The notes under the pieces were generated by a model that searched no databases, was not told the origin of the DNA, and saw only the letters and a list, made by a program, of their open reading frames with translations. This document shows, one piece after another, positions 44,172 through 53,574 of a stretch of 64,000 nucleotides of DNA. Every line of letters starts with the position of its first letter. Position 1 is the first letter of the stretch. Made by a program: the position numbers and the translations under genes. The DNA comes from Shigella phage vB_SsoM_113, in the sequence record LR746311, one strand, 5' to 3'.

Positions 44172-44567
44172 TTTATTGGAGATTCACTGCCTTAGTGTGA
44201 GCTAAAATCGAGGAGCCGTCGAACTGTCTGATTAATGATTTGCGAATCATTATAGTTTTAAGACCCCGGCAGTTTTACGGTGTACCTCTTGAATGTTATT
44301 CTTATAGCGGCAAGTGCATGCTACCCCGAGGTGATGGCCAATCGGGAGTACGCCTCAAGGCCTATATATCCATCAGTATATATCTTATCCTCGAGAAATC
44401 GAACCCGGAACCTTTAAGCTAACGGTGTGCAACAGATAAGAGTTATAAGTATGATGACGGGTTTATGGTTATCCTGTCGGTAAATACTCAAAACCTAAGT
44501 ACCCCCTTGAGGGCTTTCGCAGGCAATGCCAATAAGTCCTGCATTTTCATTTAAAAGAGAATTTATA
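44172..44567 (+). other. ORF-poor, GC-enriched structured region (candidate ncRNA or long structured leader)
   Basis: About 400 bp with no convincing ORF; hairpin taatgatt-tgcg-aatcatta at 44232-44251; long-range complement cctcaagg (44355-44362) with ccttgagg (44506-44513); terminal hairpin gcagg...cctgc 44519-44542 plus U-run. Confidence 0.3.
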
Positions 44568-44744
44568 ATGGCAAAACAAGCTAAAGCAAAGAAAGCAGTT
44601 GAAAAGAAAGTTGGTGATTCTAAACGCGCTGGTTACAAGCGTGGGTCGAACTCTCGTATCAATCAAACTGTTGAGAAGATCATGCGCCGAGCACGTGCGG
44701 TTCTTCGAGATGATGCTTCTCGTTTTGGTAAGCAGAAAGCATAA
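44568..44744 (+). CDS. small Lys/Arg-rich basic protein (58 aa)
   Basis: MAKQAKAKKAVEKKVGDSKRAGYKRGSNSRINQTVEKIMRRARAVLRDDASRFGKQKA; followed by a strong terminator. Confidence 0.45.
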   Translation: MAKQAKAKKAVEKKVGDSKRAGYKRGSNSRINQTVEKIMRRARAVLRDDASRFGKQKA

Positions 44745-44748
44745 GTTG

Positions 44749-44776
44749 AGGACTCCTTCGGGAGTCCTTTTTTATT
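44749..44776 (+). terminator. rho-independent terminator
   Basis: aggactcc-ttcg-ggagtcct followed by ttttttat. Confidence 0.65.
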
Positions 44777-44797
44777 TTCCAAAGACTGCACAAAGTT

Positions 44798-44830
44798 GTT
44801 TACAGTATGGTTCCTTTGTGATAGTATTAT
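44798..44830 (+). promoter_or_regulatory. early promoter
   Basis: gtttac 44798-44803, about 18-bp spacer, tagtattat. Confidence 0.5.
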
Positions 44831-44854
44831 CTTACACAAACAAAGGAGAATAAA

Positions 44855-45187
44855 ATGAAAACGATTAATCTGAACGCTGCAGTTAAAACTAAATGCTTCA
44901 ATGGTAAATATGATGAAACTATGTGGTTCTTAATGGCAGTTGAAGGTGATATTATTGAAGTAGAAACAACAGAAGGTATGGGAACAGATTTCACCTTTAC
45001 AATTCAAGTTCATAATTTCTTTACTGGTTGGATTTATGAATTGAATACAGTAATCGTTGGAAAAATTGAACAAAATGAATTGGGTGAATGGTATTATGTT
45101 ACAGCTCGCCAACGTGCCGAACGCTTAATTGAGAAGATGAAAAAAGTTGGTAAACTTGACATGCAGCACTGGAAAGTAGTAAAATAA
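44855..45187 (+). CDS. hypothetical protein (30.x region)
   Basis: 110 aa, AGGAGA RBS. Confidence 0.5.
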   Translation: MKTINLNAAVKTKCFNGKYDETMWFLMAVEGDIIEVETTEGMGTDFTFTIQVHNFFTGWIYELNTVIVGKIEQNELGEWYYVTARQRAERLIEKMKKVGKLDMQHWKVVK

Positions 45188-45189
45188 TT

Positions 45190-45229
45190 GTTTACTTTGG
45201 TACAGGATATGATATTATATACCTGTACC
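45190..45229 (+). promoter_or_regulatory. early promoter with palindromic spacer
   Basis: gtttac 45190-45195; ggtacagg...cctgtacc inverted repeat embraces the -10 tattat. Confidence 0.5.
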
Positions 45230-45254
45230 GCAATTAAACATCTTGGAGAATAAA

Positions 45255-45620
45255 ATGAACTACATCAACTTTGAACGTAAATATGTTTCTAACGGTATTG
45301 CAGGTTCTATTGATACTATCTGTCTTTGGAAACATCAAAATGGATCAGTATGCGAAATTGAACAGTATATGACTCCTAACTACGTTTATATGCGATTTGA
45401 AAATGGCATCACGGTTTCAATCACAATGGAAGGTTCCAACTTCAAAATCGCTTTGGATGATGATTTTCGTCAACGCGATTTAGGGACTCATCCTTGCTGG
45501 AATGGTGTTAATCGCAAGCTTCTGGTTAAAACTTGGATTCGTCATATTCTGAGTAACAGAGCTAAACCTGAGCATCTTGAAGCAATCTTTGATGTAGTTA
45601 TTAACGAATTTGATATTTAA
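45255..45620 (+). CDS. hypothetical protein (30.x region)
   Basis: 121 aa from the second ATG (MNYINFERKY...), GGAGA RBS. Confidence 0.5.
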   Translation: MNYINFERKYVSNGIAGSIDTICLWKHQNGSVCEIEQYMTPNYVYMRFENGITVSITMEGSNFKIALDDDFRQRDLGTHPCWNGVNRKLLVKTWIRHILSNRAKPEHLEAIFDVVINEFDI

Positions 45621-45661
45621 AATAAAATGAGGGGCTTCGGCCCCTTACTGAGGAAAATACT

Positions 45662-45949
45662 ATGTTTATGACTACTTATTTTGACACCCGCAAAAATTTC
45701 TGTGAAGTGGTTTTCTCTAAGGCGCCTAAAGACCTTCCTGCTCATTTGCAACCTACCAGTGAATCAATTAAAAACTACGTTAATATAGTCTGCCCTTTGG
45801 AGTTCCGTATTGTAAATGGGTGCGATACTTTAGCTATCACTAAACTCAATCGTGAAATTGACATTGACCCTTCAATTGCGCGTGAAATTAATATTTCTGA
45901 TATTGGCGGCGGTAATGTTAAATCACATGGCTTTCAGATGAGATTTTAA
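45662..45949 (+). CDS. hypothetical protein (30.x region)
   Basis: 95-aa ORF preceded by the ggggcttcggcccc hairpin at 45631-45644. Confidence 0.45.
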   Translation: MFMTTYFDTRKNFCEVVFSKAPKDLPAHLQPTSESIKNYVNIVCPLEFRIVNGCDTLAITKLNREIDIDPSIAREINISDIGGGNVKSHGFQMRF

Positions 45950-45953
45950 TAAA

Positions 45954-46169
45954 ATGTTTAAGAAATTAATCCAGAAATTACTGGGCACGGAAATGGTTGA
46001 AGTTACTTATCGTGTGACTGATGTCTCTCCGCTCACTGAAGACCATTTAGAGCCATATATTATGACAATTAAAATGCTTAAATATGATGGCGGATTATCT
46101 GTTGAAGACCGTTTACCAAGTTATGGTCATTGGGCTGATATTGAAATTATAAGTATTGAAAATGTCTGA
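45954..46169 (+). CDS. hypothetical protein (30.x region)
   Basis: 71-aa ORF. Confidence 0.4.
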   Translation: MFKKLIQKLLGTEMVEVTYRVTDVSPLTEDHLEPYIMTIKMLKYDGGLSVEDRLPSYGHWADIEIISIENV

Positions 46170-46620
46170 GCTAGAGATAAGAAGCAATTTTAAATGGCCA
46201 TCATGCGCATTAAGTAATTTTGCCCAATGGCCTTTCGTTATGGATGGTATTCAATTTGGAGGTCTAGAAGGATTCCTCCAAGGGTGTAAGGTGAAAAATG
46301 TTGAACAACAACGTCGTATATTTGGGTTATCCGGGCTTGCCGCCCAACAGGCTGGAAGGTCTTATGCTAGAGCTCAGGACCGTGGCACGTTGTTCTGGCT
46401 TGGAGTTCCGTTTTCAAGATACTCCCCGGCGTGGAAAGAATTATACACAAATGCATATTTTGAAGCAGCGTTCCAAAACAAGGGCTTTCGCGATGCATTA
46501 CAAGCCTCGAAAGGAAAAGTTTTGAAGCACAGCATGGCTAGTGGTCTAACAAAAGATGATACAATACTAACCGAAGCTGAATTTATTGATGTGTTAAACC
46601 TATTAAGAGACTCTCTATGA
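46156..46620 (+). CDS. NADAR (YbiA/DUF1768)-like protein, candidate ADP-ribose-processing enzyme
   Basis: 154 aa; motif series SNFAQWP..DG..LEGFLQGCK...AAQQAGR...FEAAFQN..FRDAL resembles the recalled YbiA/NADAR pattern (SNFA.WP..DG..E.YFQA.K...AARMGR); the His of the recalled EH motif is replaced. Confidence 0.5.
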   Translation: MKMSELEIRSNFKWPSCALSNFAQWPFVMDGIQFGGLEGFLQGCKVKNVEQQRRIFGLSGLAAQQAGRSYARAQDRGTLFWLGVPFSRYSPAWKELYTNAYFEAAFQNKGFRDALQASKGKVLKHSMASGLTKDDTILTEAEFIDVLNLLRDSL

Positions 46621-47456
46621 AGCCTACTATTTTAACTGATATTGATGGAGTGTGTTTAAGCTGGCAATCAGGTCTTCCTTATTTTGCTCAGAAATATAAT
46701 CTTCCGTTAGAACATATTTTAAAAATGATCCAAGATGAGAAATTTATTTCTCCAGGTAAACTCTTTAATTGTGATGAAGAACTTGGTGTCAAGCTAATTG
46801 AAAAATACAATCGATCAGATTTTATTCGTTACTTGTCTCCATATAAAGATGCCTTGTGCGTAATTAACAAACTAAAAGAAGATTATAATTTTGTAGCTGT
46901 TACAGCGCTGGGTGATTCTATTGACGCTCTGTTGAATCGTCAATTTAATTTGAATGCTCTTTTTCCTGGTGCCTTCTCAGAAGTAATGATGTGTGGTCAT
47001 GATTCTTCAAAAGAAGAGTTGTTCAAAAAGGCAAAAGAGAAATATAACGTAATTTGTTATATTGACGATCTTGCTCACCACTGCGACCACGCGAGTGAAA
47101 TATTAAATGTTCCGGTTTATTGGATGGCTCGAGGAGAGCGTGACAATATTCCAAAAACTGCGCAGCGAGTTTATACATGGAATGATGTAGAAAATAAGTT
47201 TTTTTCGCCGAAGGAAAATAAAGAAAGTTTTGATAGTGAAAAAGCTATAAAAGATTTAATTGAGAAGATGGTTAAAAACGATTCTTTTCCTTGGAACACT
47301 ACCTGGAAAACGCCTGGATTTAATCCTTATAATCATCTATATCATCCATATCAGACACATCCGTTTCAGACATGGAACTACATTAAACCTGGTGGCATAG
47401 AGTATTTGTATAATAGACCTACTAGCGGTGATAATATTTTCCAAGGAGCATTCTAA
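46617..47456 (+). CDS. HAD-superfamily phosphatase/nucleotidase-like protein
   Basis: 279 aa; HAD motif I ILTDIDGV at residues 5-12, Ser/Thr motif VAVTALG, Lys, and YIDDLAHH acidic motif; ATGA overlap with the NADAR-like ORF. Confidence 0.55.
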   Translation: MKPTILTDIDGVCLSWQSGLPYFAQKYNLPLEHILKMIQDEKFISPGKLFNCDEELGVKLIEKYNRSDFIRYLSPYKDALCVINKLKEDYNFVAVTALGDSIDALLNRQFNLNALFPGAFSEVMMCGHDSSKEELFKKAKEKYNVICYIDDLAHHCDHASEILNVPVYWMARGERDNIPKTAQRVYTWNDVENKFFSPKENKESFDSEKAIKDLIEKMVKNDSFPWNTTWKTPGFNPYNHLYHPYQTHPFQTWNYIKPGGIEYLYNRPTSGDNIFQGAF

Positions 47457-47725
47457 TGTTTGTTGTTCACACTATTTATGAAAATGAAGGTAATACTACA
47501 CGTGATTACGGTCACGTAAATCAATTTTTTAGATGTAATCCAGAATTCCGAGCTCAAAAAGACGAACGAATTTTTAAAAAATGTGTAGAGCAAGGTTTCA
47601 TTTACGTTAAGCACTGGATGCAAGGAAATAAAGTTAGAACTACATATCATAGGTCTTTGCCTGAGCTTAATGATGAATTGATTTATAATAGAGCTGTAAA
47701 CCAAACCTTGAAGGATGAGCAATGA
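47456..47725 (+). CDS. hypothetical protein (30.1 position)
   Basis: 89-aa ORF, overlapping stop/start on both sides. Confidence 0.45.
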   Translation: MFVVHTIYENEGNTTRDYGHVNQFFRCNPEFRAQKDERIFKKCVEQGFIYVKHWMQGNKVRTTYHRSLPELNDELIYNRAVNQTLKDEQ

Positions 47726-49182
47726 TTCTTAAAATTCTGAATGAAATAGCATCTATTGGATCAACTAAGCAGAAGCAAGCAATTCTTGAAAAGAATAAAG
47801 ATAATGAATTGCTTAAACGAGTATATCGTCTGACTTATTCTCGTGGGTTACAGTATTATATCAAGAAATGGCCTAAACCTGGTATTGCTACCCAGAGTTT
47901 TGGAATGCTGACTATTACCGATATGCTTGACTTCATTGAATTCACGTTAGCTACTCGGAAATTGACTGGAAATGCTGCAATTGAGGAATTAACTGGATAT
48001 ATCACTGATGGTAAAAAGGATGATGTTGAAGTTTTGCGTCGAGTGATGATGCGAGATCTTGAATGCGGTGCTTCAGTATCTATTGCAAATAAAGTTTGGC
48101 CAGGTTTAATTCCTGAACAACCTCAAATGTTGGCAAGTTCTTATGATGAAAAAGGCATTAGTAAGAATATCAAATTTCCAGCCTTTGCACAGTTAAAAGC
48201 AGATGGAGCTCGGTGTTTTGCTGAAGTCCGAGGCGATGAATTAGATGATGTTCGTCTTTTATCACGAGCTGGTAATGAATATCTAGGATTAGATCTTCTT
48301 AAGGAAGAGTTAATCAAAATGACCGCTGAAGCTCGCCAGATTCATCCAGAAGGCGTGTTAATTGATGGCGAATTGGTATACCATGAGCAAGTTGAAAAAG
48401 AGCCAGAAGGCCTAGATTTTCTTTTTGATGCTCCTGAAATCAGTAAAGCTAAAGAGTTTTCCGAAGTAGCTGAATCACGTACTGCTTCTAATGGAATTGC
48501 CAATAAATCTTTAAAGGGAACTATTTCAGAAAAAGAAGCTCAATGTATGAAGTTTCAGGTCTGGGATTATGTCCCGTTAGTAGAAATATACGGTCTTCCA
48601 GCATTTCGTTTGAAGTATGATGTACGTTTTTCTAAACTAGAACAAATGACATCAGGATATGATAAAGTAATTTTAATTGAAAACCAGATAGTAAATAACC
48701 TAGATGAAGCTAAGGTAATTTATAAAAAGTATATTGACCAAGGTCTTGAAGGTATTATTCTCAAAAATATCGATGGATTATGGGAAAATTCTCGTTCAAA
48801 AAATCTCTATAAATTTAAAGAAGTAATTGATGTTGATTTAAAAATTGTAGGAATTTATCCTCACCGTAAAGACCCTACTAAAGCAGGTGGATTTATTCTT
48901 GAATCAGAGTGTGGAAAAATTAAAGTAAATGCTGGGTCAGGCTTAAAAGATAAAGCCGGTGTAAAATCGCATGAACTTGACCGTACTCGCATTATGGAAA
49001 ACCAAAATTATTATATTGGAAAAATTCTAGAGTGCGAATGCAATGGTTGGTTAAAATCTGATGGCCGCACTGATTACGTTAAATTATTTCTTCCGATTGC
49101 GATTCGTTTACGTGAAGATAAAACTAAAGCTAATACATTCGAGGATGTATTTGGTGATTTTCATGAGGTAACTGGTCTATGA
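47722..49182 (+). CDS. 30: ATP-dependent DNA ligase
   Basis: 486 aa (T4 ligase is 487); conserved position upstream of alt. Confidence 0.9.
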   Translation: MILKILNEIASIGSTKQKQAILEKNKDNELLKRVYRLTYSRGLQYYIKKWPKPGIATQSFGMLTITDMLDFIEFTLATRKLTGNAAIEELTGYITDGKKDDVEVLRRVMMRDLECGASVSIANKVWPGLIPEQPQMLASSYDEKGISKNIKFPAFAQLKADGARCFAEVRGDELDDVRLLSRAGNEYLGLDLLKEELIKMTAEARQIHPEGVLIDGELVYHEQVEKEPEGLDFLFDAPEISKAKEFSEVAESRTASNGIANKSLKGTISEKEAQCMKFQVWDYVPLVEIYGLPAFRLKYDVRFSKLEQMTSGYDKVILIENQIVNNLDEAKVIYKKYIDQGLEGIILKNIDGLWENSRSKNLYKFKEVIDVDLKIVGIYPHRKDPTKAGGFILESECGKIKVNAGSGLKDKAGVKSHELDRTRIMENQNYYIGKILECECNGWLKSDGRTDYVKLFLPIAIRLREDKTKANTFEDVFGDFHEVTGL

Positions 49183-49367
49183 AAGCTTACTTAGAAACAA
49201 TTGTCGTGGCTCAAAAAGAAGGTGGAGATGTTTCTACTTCTGTATCACAAATTATGATTGAATTTATAGATGCATATGCTTATAATAAATTCACAGAAAC
49301 ATTTGATACCTATGAAAAAGGTCCAAAGTTTGAAATATATCGTACTCTCTTACCAATAGATTATTAA
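49179..49367 (+). CDS. hypothetical protein (alt.1 position)
   Basis: 62 aa, ATGA overlap with the ligase stop. Confidence 0.4.
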   Translation: MKAYLETIVVAQKEGGDVSTSVSQIMIEFIDAYAYNKFTETFDTYEKGPKFEIYRTLLPIDY

Positions 49368-49390
49368 AGGCCTTCGGGCCTTTAATTTTA
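49366..49390 (+). terminator. terminator-like hairpin
   Basis: aaaggcc-ttcg-ggccttt followed by a T-rich tract. Confidence 0.45.
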
Positions 49391-49419
49391 TAAATAGAAT
49401 AAACACTAGAGAGGATATG

Positions 49420-51513
49420 ATGGAACTCATTACAGAATTATTTGACGAAGATACTACTCTTCCGATTACAAACTTAAATCCAAAGAAGAAAATACCGCAA
49501 ATTTTTTCAGTTCATGTTGATGACGCAATTGAACAACCAGGTTTTCGTTTATGTACCTATACATCTGGAGGTGATACTAATCGCGATTTAAAAATGGGCG
49601 ATAAAATGATGCATATTGTTCCTTTTACATTAACTGCTAAAGGTTCAATTGCTAAATTAAAAGGTCTCGGTCCAAGCCCAATTAATTACATCAATTCAGT
49701 TTTTACTGTTGCGATGCAGACGATGCGTCAGTATAAAATTGATGCATGTATGCTCCGTATTCTTAAGTCTAAAACTGCTGGTCAAGCTCGTCAAATTCAA
49801 CTTATTGCTGATAGACTTATCCGTAGTCGTTCAGGTGGCAGATACGTCCTTCTTAAGGAACTCTGGGATTATGATAAAAAGTATGCATATATTCTTATAC
49901 ATCGCAAAAATGTATCATTAGAAGACATTCCAGGAGTTCCAGAAATTAGTACCGAGCTCTTTACTAAAGTTGAATCGAAGGTCGGTGATGTTTATATCAA
50001 TAAAGATACTGGAGCTCAAGTAACTAAAAATGAGGCAATTGCTGCATCTATTGCGCAAGAAAATGATAAACGTTCTGACCAAGCGGTAATCGTTAAAGTT
50101 AAAATTTCCCGTAGAGCAATTGCACAAAGTCAGTCATTGGAATCTTCTAGATTTGAAAGTGAATTATTCCAGAAGTATGAATCTACCGCAGCTAATTTCA
50201 ATAAACCTGCTACAGCTCCTTTAATTCCCGAAGCAGAAGAAATGAAGCTTGGAATTAATTCATTAGCTTCTAAAACTAAGGCAGCAAAAATTATTGCTGA
50301 AGGAACTGCAGATGAACTTCATTATGACTATAAATTCTTTTCAAAAAGTGAGGTTAATGAAGTTTCTGAAAAAATTAAAGATGTAATTCTTAATGCGATT
50401 AAAAATGAACCAACTACTTCAATAAAATGTTTAGAGAAATACGCAGCAGCTGTTAATCAATTATTTGAAGAATATAAAGATAACTGGCTTGATAAACATA
50501 ATAAAACTCGTAAAGGACAAACAGATGAAGTCTGGGAAGAAATAACTAAAAATTCCTGGAACGCAGCAAAAACTAAATTCCTCAAACGAATGATTTATAG
50601 CTTTTCCGGAATTGGTGCAGGTCCAATGATTGATATTACTATTGCCCGTGATGGTTCTAAATATACTCCATCACAAAAGCGCGGCATTAGAGAGTATTGT
50701 GGTTCAGGATATACTGACATCAATAATCTTCTTTTGGGTCGTTACAATCCAGAACGATATGATGTAATGAGTGAAAAAGAAATTGAATCTGCTATAAATA
50801 ACTTAGATTCAGCTTTTGAAAACGGTGACCGTATACCAGAAGGCATTACAGTTTATCGTGCTCAAAGCATGACTGCTCCTATATACGAAGCATTAGTTAA
50901 AAATAAAGTATTCTATTTCAGAAATTTTGTATCTACTTCTTTAACTCCTATCATTTTTGGACGTTTTGGAATTACACATGCTGGTATTGGTCTTTTAGAA
51001 CCAGAAGCTCGTAATGAATTGACAGTTGATAAAAATGAAGAAGGAATAACTATTAATCCAAACGAAATAAGAGCATATAAAGAAAATCCTGAATACGTTA
51101 AAGTTCAAATAGGATGGGCAATTGATGGAGCTCATAAAGTTAATGTTGTATATCCAGGAAGTCTCGGAATAGCAACAGAAGCTGAAGTTATTCTACCACG
51201 CGGATTGATGGTCAAAGTTAATAAAATAACTGATGCTTCTAATAATGACGGAACAACATCTAATAATACAAAACTCATTCAAGCTGAAGTTATGACTACG
51301 GAAGAACTCACCGAATCAGTAATTTATGACGGTGATCGTCTAATGGAAACTGGTGAAGTAGTTGCAATGACAGGTGATATTGAAATAGAAGACAGAGTTG
51401 ATTTTGCATCATTTGTTTCATCAAATGTTAAACAAAAAGTAGAATCATCTCTTGGAATTATTGCGTCTTGCATAGATATTGCAAACATGCCTTACAAGTT
51501 CGTTCAAGGATAA
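49420..51513 (+). CDS. alt: Alt-type ADP-ribosyltransferase, paralog 1
   Basis: 697 aa; N-terminus MELITELFDE...; C-terminal R-S-E ART triad: VYRAQS, FVSTSL, TEAEVILPRG. Confidence 0.75.
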   Translation: MELITELFDEDTTLPITNLNPKKKIPQIFSVHVDDAIEQPGFRLCTYTSGGDTNRDLKMGDKMMHIVPFTLTAKGSIAKLKGLGPSPINYINSVFTVAMQTMRQYKIDACMLRILKSKTAGQARQIQLIADRLIRSRSGGRYVLLKELWDYDKKYAYILIHRKNVSLEDIPGVPEISTELFTKVESKVGDVYINKDTGAQVTKNEAIAASIAQENDKRSDQAVIVKVKISRRAIAQSQSLESSRFESELFQKYESTAANFNKPATAPLIPEAEEMKLGINSLASKTKAAKIIAEGTADELHYDYKFFSKSEVNEVSEKIKDVILNAIKNEPTTSIKCLEKYAAAVNQLFEEYKDNWLDKHNKTRKGQTDEVWEEITKNSWNAAKTKFLKRMIYSFSGIGAGPMIDITIARDGSKYTPSQKRGIREYCGSGYTDINNLLLGRYNPERYDVMSEKEIESAINNLDSAFENGDRIPEGITVYRAQSMTAPIYEALVKNKVFYFRNFVSTSLTPIIFGRFGITHAGIGLLEPEARNELTVDKNEEGITINPNEIRAYKENPEYVKVQIGWAIDGAHKVNVVYPGSLGIATEAEVILPRGLMVKVNKITDASNNDGTTSNNTKLIQAEVMTTEELTESVIYDGDRLMETGEVVAMTGDIEIEDRVDFASFVSSNVKQKVESSLGIIASCIDIANMPYKFVQG

Positions 51514-51516
51514 ATC

Positions 51517-53574
51517 ATGGAACTTATTACAGAATTATTTGACGGCGCTTCGGCGCCGGTTGTTAACTTAAATCCTAAGCATAAAATACCTCAAATTTTT
51601 GCTATTCAAGCCGGTGAAGAAAGCGTGCTTCCTGGATTTAGATTTTGTACATACACCTCTGGTGGTGATACAAATAAAAACGTTAAGCCAGGCGATAAAA
51701 TGATGCATATCGTAATGATAGGTGTCAATGAGAAACTATCATTAGTTAAACTTAAAAACTTGGGTGGAAATCCAATTGGTGTCATTAATGCCGTTTTTGA
51801 TACTGCTCTTCAAACAATGAAACAGTATAAAATTGACGCATGCCTATTCCGCGTACTAAAGAGTAAAACAAATGGCGCAGCTCGTCAAATGCAAGTTATT
51901 GCTGACCGTTTAGTACGTACTAAAGGAGCAGGTCGATATGTTCTTTTAAAAGAAATCTGGGATTATGATAAAAAGTATGCATATATTATGGTTTACCGTA
52001 AAAATGCCAATTTAGAAGACATTCCAGGTGTACCTCCTATTTCAACTGAGTTATTCACAAAAGTTGAATCAAAGGTTGGTGATGTTTATGTAGATGTTAA
52101 AACAGGTAATGCTGTTCCTAAAGCCGTTGCTGTGGCTGCTTCTATTGCTTTAGAAAATGATAAGCGCACGGATCAAGCTGTTATTCAGAAAACTAAAATT
52201 AGCCGTCGATTAGCAGCACAAGCTCAATATTCTACTGTCGATGCTTCACTTCAGGGTGATAGCTTCGCTGCCAAGAAATATCAAGAGTTTGAATCTAAAG
52301 TTCCGGTATATAAAGCAGAAGGACCAATGAACTCTGGTGTTATTCAGATTGGTTCCAACTTCAGCAAAGGAGCTATCGGTGGTATGAGAAGTGCTTCTCG
52401 TTTTAAATCTAACGATTATGAACTAGAAAGCTTCCGAAATCATATTGCATTGGCCCATGCACGTTTACGTGATCCGTCTATCAGACTGCAGAGCGATATA
52501 ACATATCAAGGTTCTCAAGAATATTTAAAGAATAAAGAATTTTTTGATTATAAAACCGATAAAATTTTGAGCGATCTCGCTGACATTAATATTTCTAATA
52601 GCTTTGATGTTATTAAGAAAATTGTCAATGATTTAGTTAAAGGTTCTAAAGCCGCACCAGACGAAAAGGTAGCTATTATTCAATTTGTCATGAATAGCAT
52701 TTATAAATTGATTAATGAATCTGCTGCTCAGGCATATGAATACGCAAGCACCGAAGTAACTCCAAAAGGATTAACTCAGTCTGAGTCTGATGTAATTGAA
52801 GATTATTGTGCAGATTCATATGTTGAAATGAACTCGTTCCTCTTGGGTAAACCAGATTCTACCCGTGAAGAATACATGGAACGAGCTATTAAACACATCG
52901 AGACGCTGGATTCTGCATTCGCCAAAGGATCAGTTCTTCCTCCAGGAACTACGCTTTATCGTGGGCAAGAAGTTACTTTTAAAACTTTACGTCATAATAT
53001 TGAAAATAAAATGTTCTATTTTAAGAACTTCGTATCAACATCGCTTAAACCAAATATCTTCGGTGAGCATGGTAAAAACTATATGGCTCTAGATGATTCA
53101 GGTGCAGTATTTTCTGGTGAAGGAGAAGGTTCTGTTGATGCTGAAGATTTAATGCATATGGGTAGTCATTCTGCATATGCTAATGAAGATGCTGAAGCTA
53201 GCGTAGGTATGGTAATTAAAGGGGCTGAGCGAATCAAAGTTATCGTTCCAGGTCATTTATCAGGATTTCCATCAGAAGCTGAAGTTATTCTACCACGTGG
53301 AATTTTGTTAAAGATTAATAAAGTAAGCACGTACATGATGAAAGAAACTGCTTATAACAAGTATCTAATCGAAGGCACAATCGTTCCTCCTTCTGAACAA
53401 TTAGAAGAATCAGTATATGATGGCGATCATCTAATGGAAACTGGTGAAGTTCGTCCAATGGCTAGGTTTAATCAATTCCTTGTAGAAGAATCAAAAGAAG
53501 AGGAAAACGAAGTTTCTCAAATCTTGGCTTCTTTGGTTAACATCAATGGAATGTCTAAAAAGTTCAAGATGTAG
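51517..53574 (+). CDS. Alt-type ADP-ribosyltransferase, paralog 2
   Basis: 685 aa; same N-terminus MELITELFDG and C-terminal ART motifs (LYRGQE, FVSTSL, SEAEVILPRG); divergent central region. Confidence 0.75.
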   Translation: MELITELFDGASAPVVNLNPKHKIPQIFAIQAGEESVLPGFRFCTYTSGGDTNKNVKPGDKMMHIVMIGVNEKLSLVKLKNLGGNPIGVINAVFDTALQTMKQYKIDACLFRVLKSKTNGAARQMQVIADRLVRTKGAGRYVLLKEIWDYDKKYAYIMVYRKNANLEDIPGVPPISTELFTKVESKVGDVYVDVKTGNAVPKAVAVAASIALENDKRTDQAVIQKTKISRRLAAQAQYSTVDASLQGDSFAAKKYQEFESKVPVYKAEGPMNSGVIQIGSNFSKGAIGGMRSASRFKSNDYELESFRNHIALAHARLRDPSIRLQSDITYQGSQEYLKNKEFFDYKTDKILSDLADINISNSFDVIKKIVNDLVKGSKAAPDEKVAIIQFVMNSIYKLINESAAQAYEYASTEVTPKGLTQSESDVIEDYCADSYVEMNSFLLGKPDSTREEYMERAIKHIETLDSAFAKGSVLPPGTTLYRGQEVTFKTLRHNIENKMFYFKNFVSTSLKPNIFGEHGKNYMALDDSGAVFSGEGEGSVDAEDLMHMGSHSAYANEDAEASVGMVIKGAERIKVIVPGHLSGFPSEAEVILPRGILLKINKVSTYMMKETAYNKYLIEGTIVPPSEQLEESVYDGDHLMETGEVRPMARFNQFLVEESKEEENEVSQILASLVNINGMSKKFKM

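Noticed and set aside
44240-44422. 60-aa ORF inside the ORF-poor region after rIII
   Set aside because: No RBS, odd composition (MRIIIVLRPRQFYG...), lies in a region better explained as structured RNA; probably a chance open frame.
44380-44440. Possible tRNA (GGTTCGA-like T-loop on the - strand near 44400-44420)
   Set aside because: Could not build a matching T-stem or acceptor stem by hand on either strand; not supported as a tRNA. A tRNA-scan would settle it.
49709-50127. ORFs 49709..49921 (+) and 49918..50127 (-) inside alt paralog 1
   Set aside because: Embedded in the alt coding sequence; no RBS; spurious.
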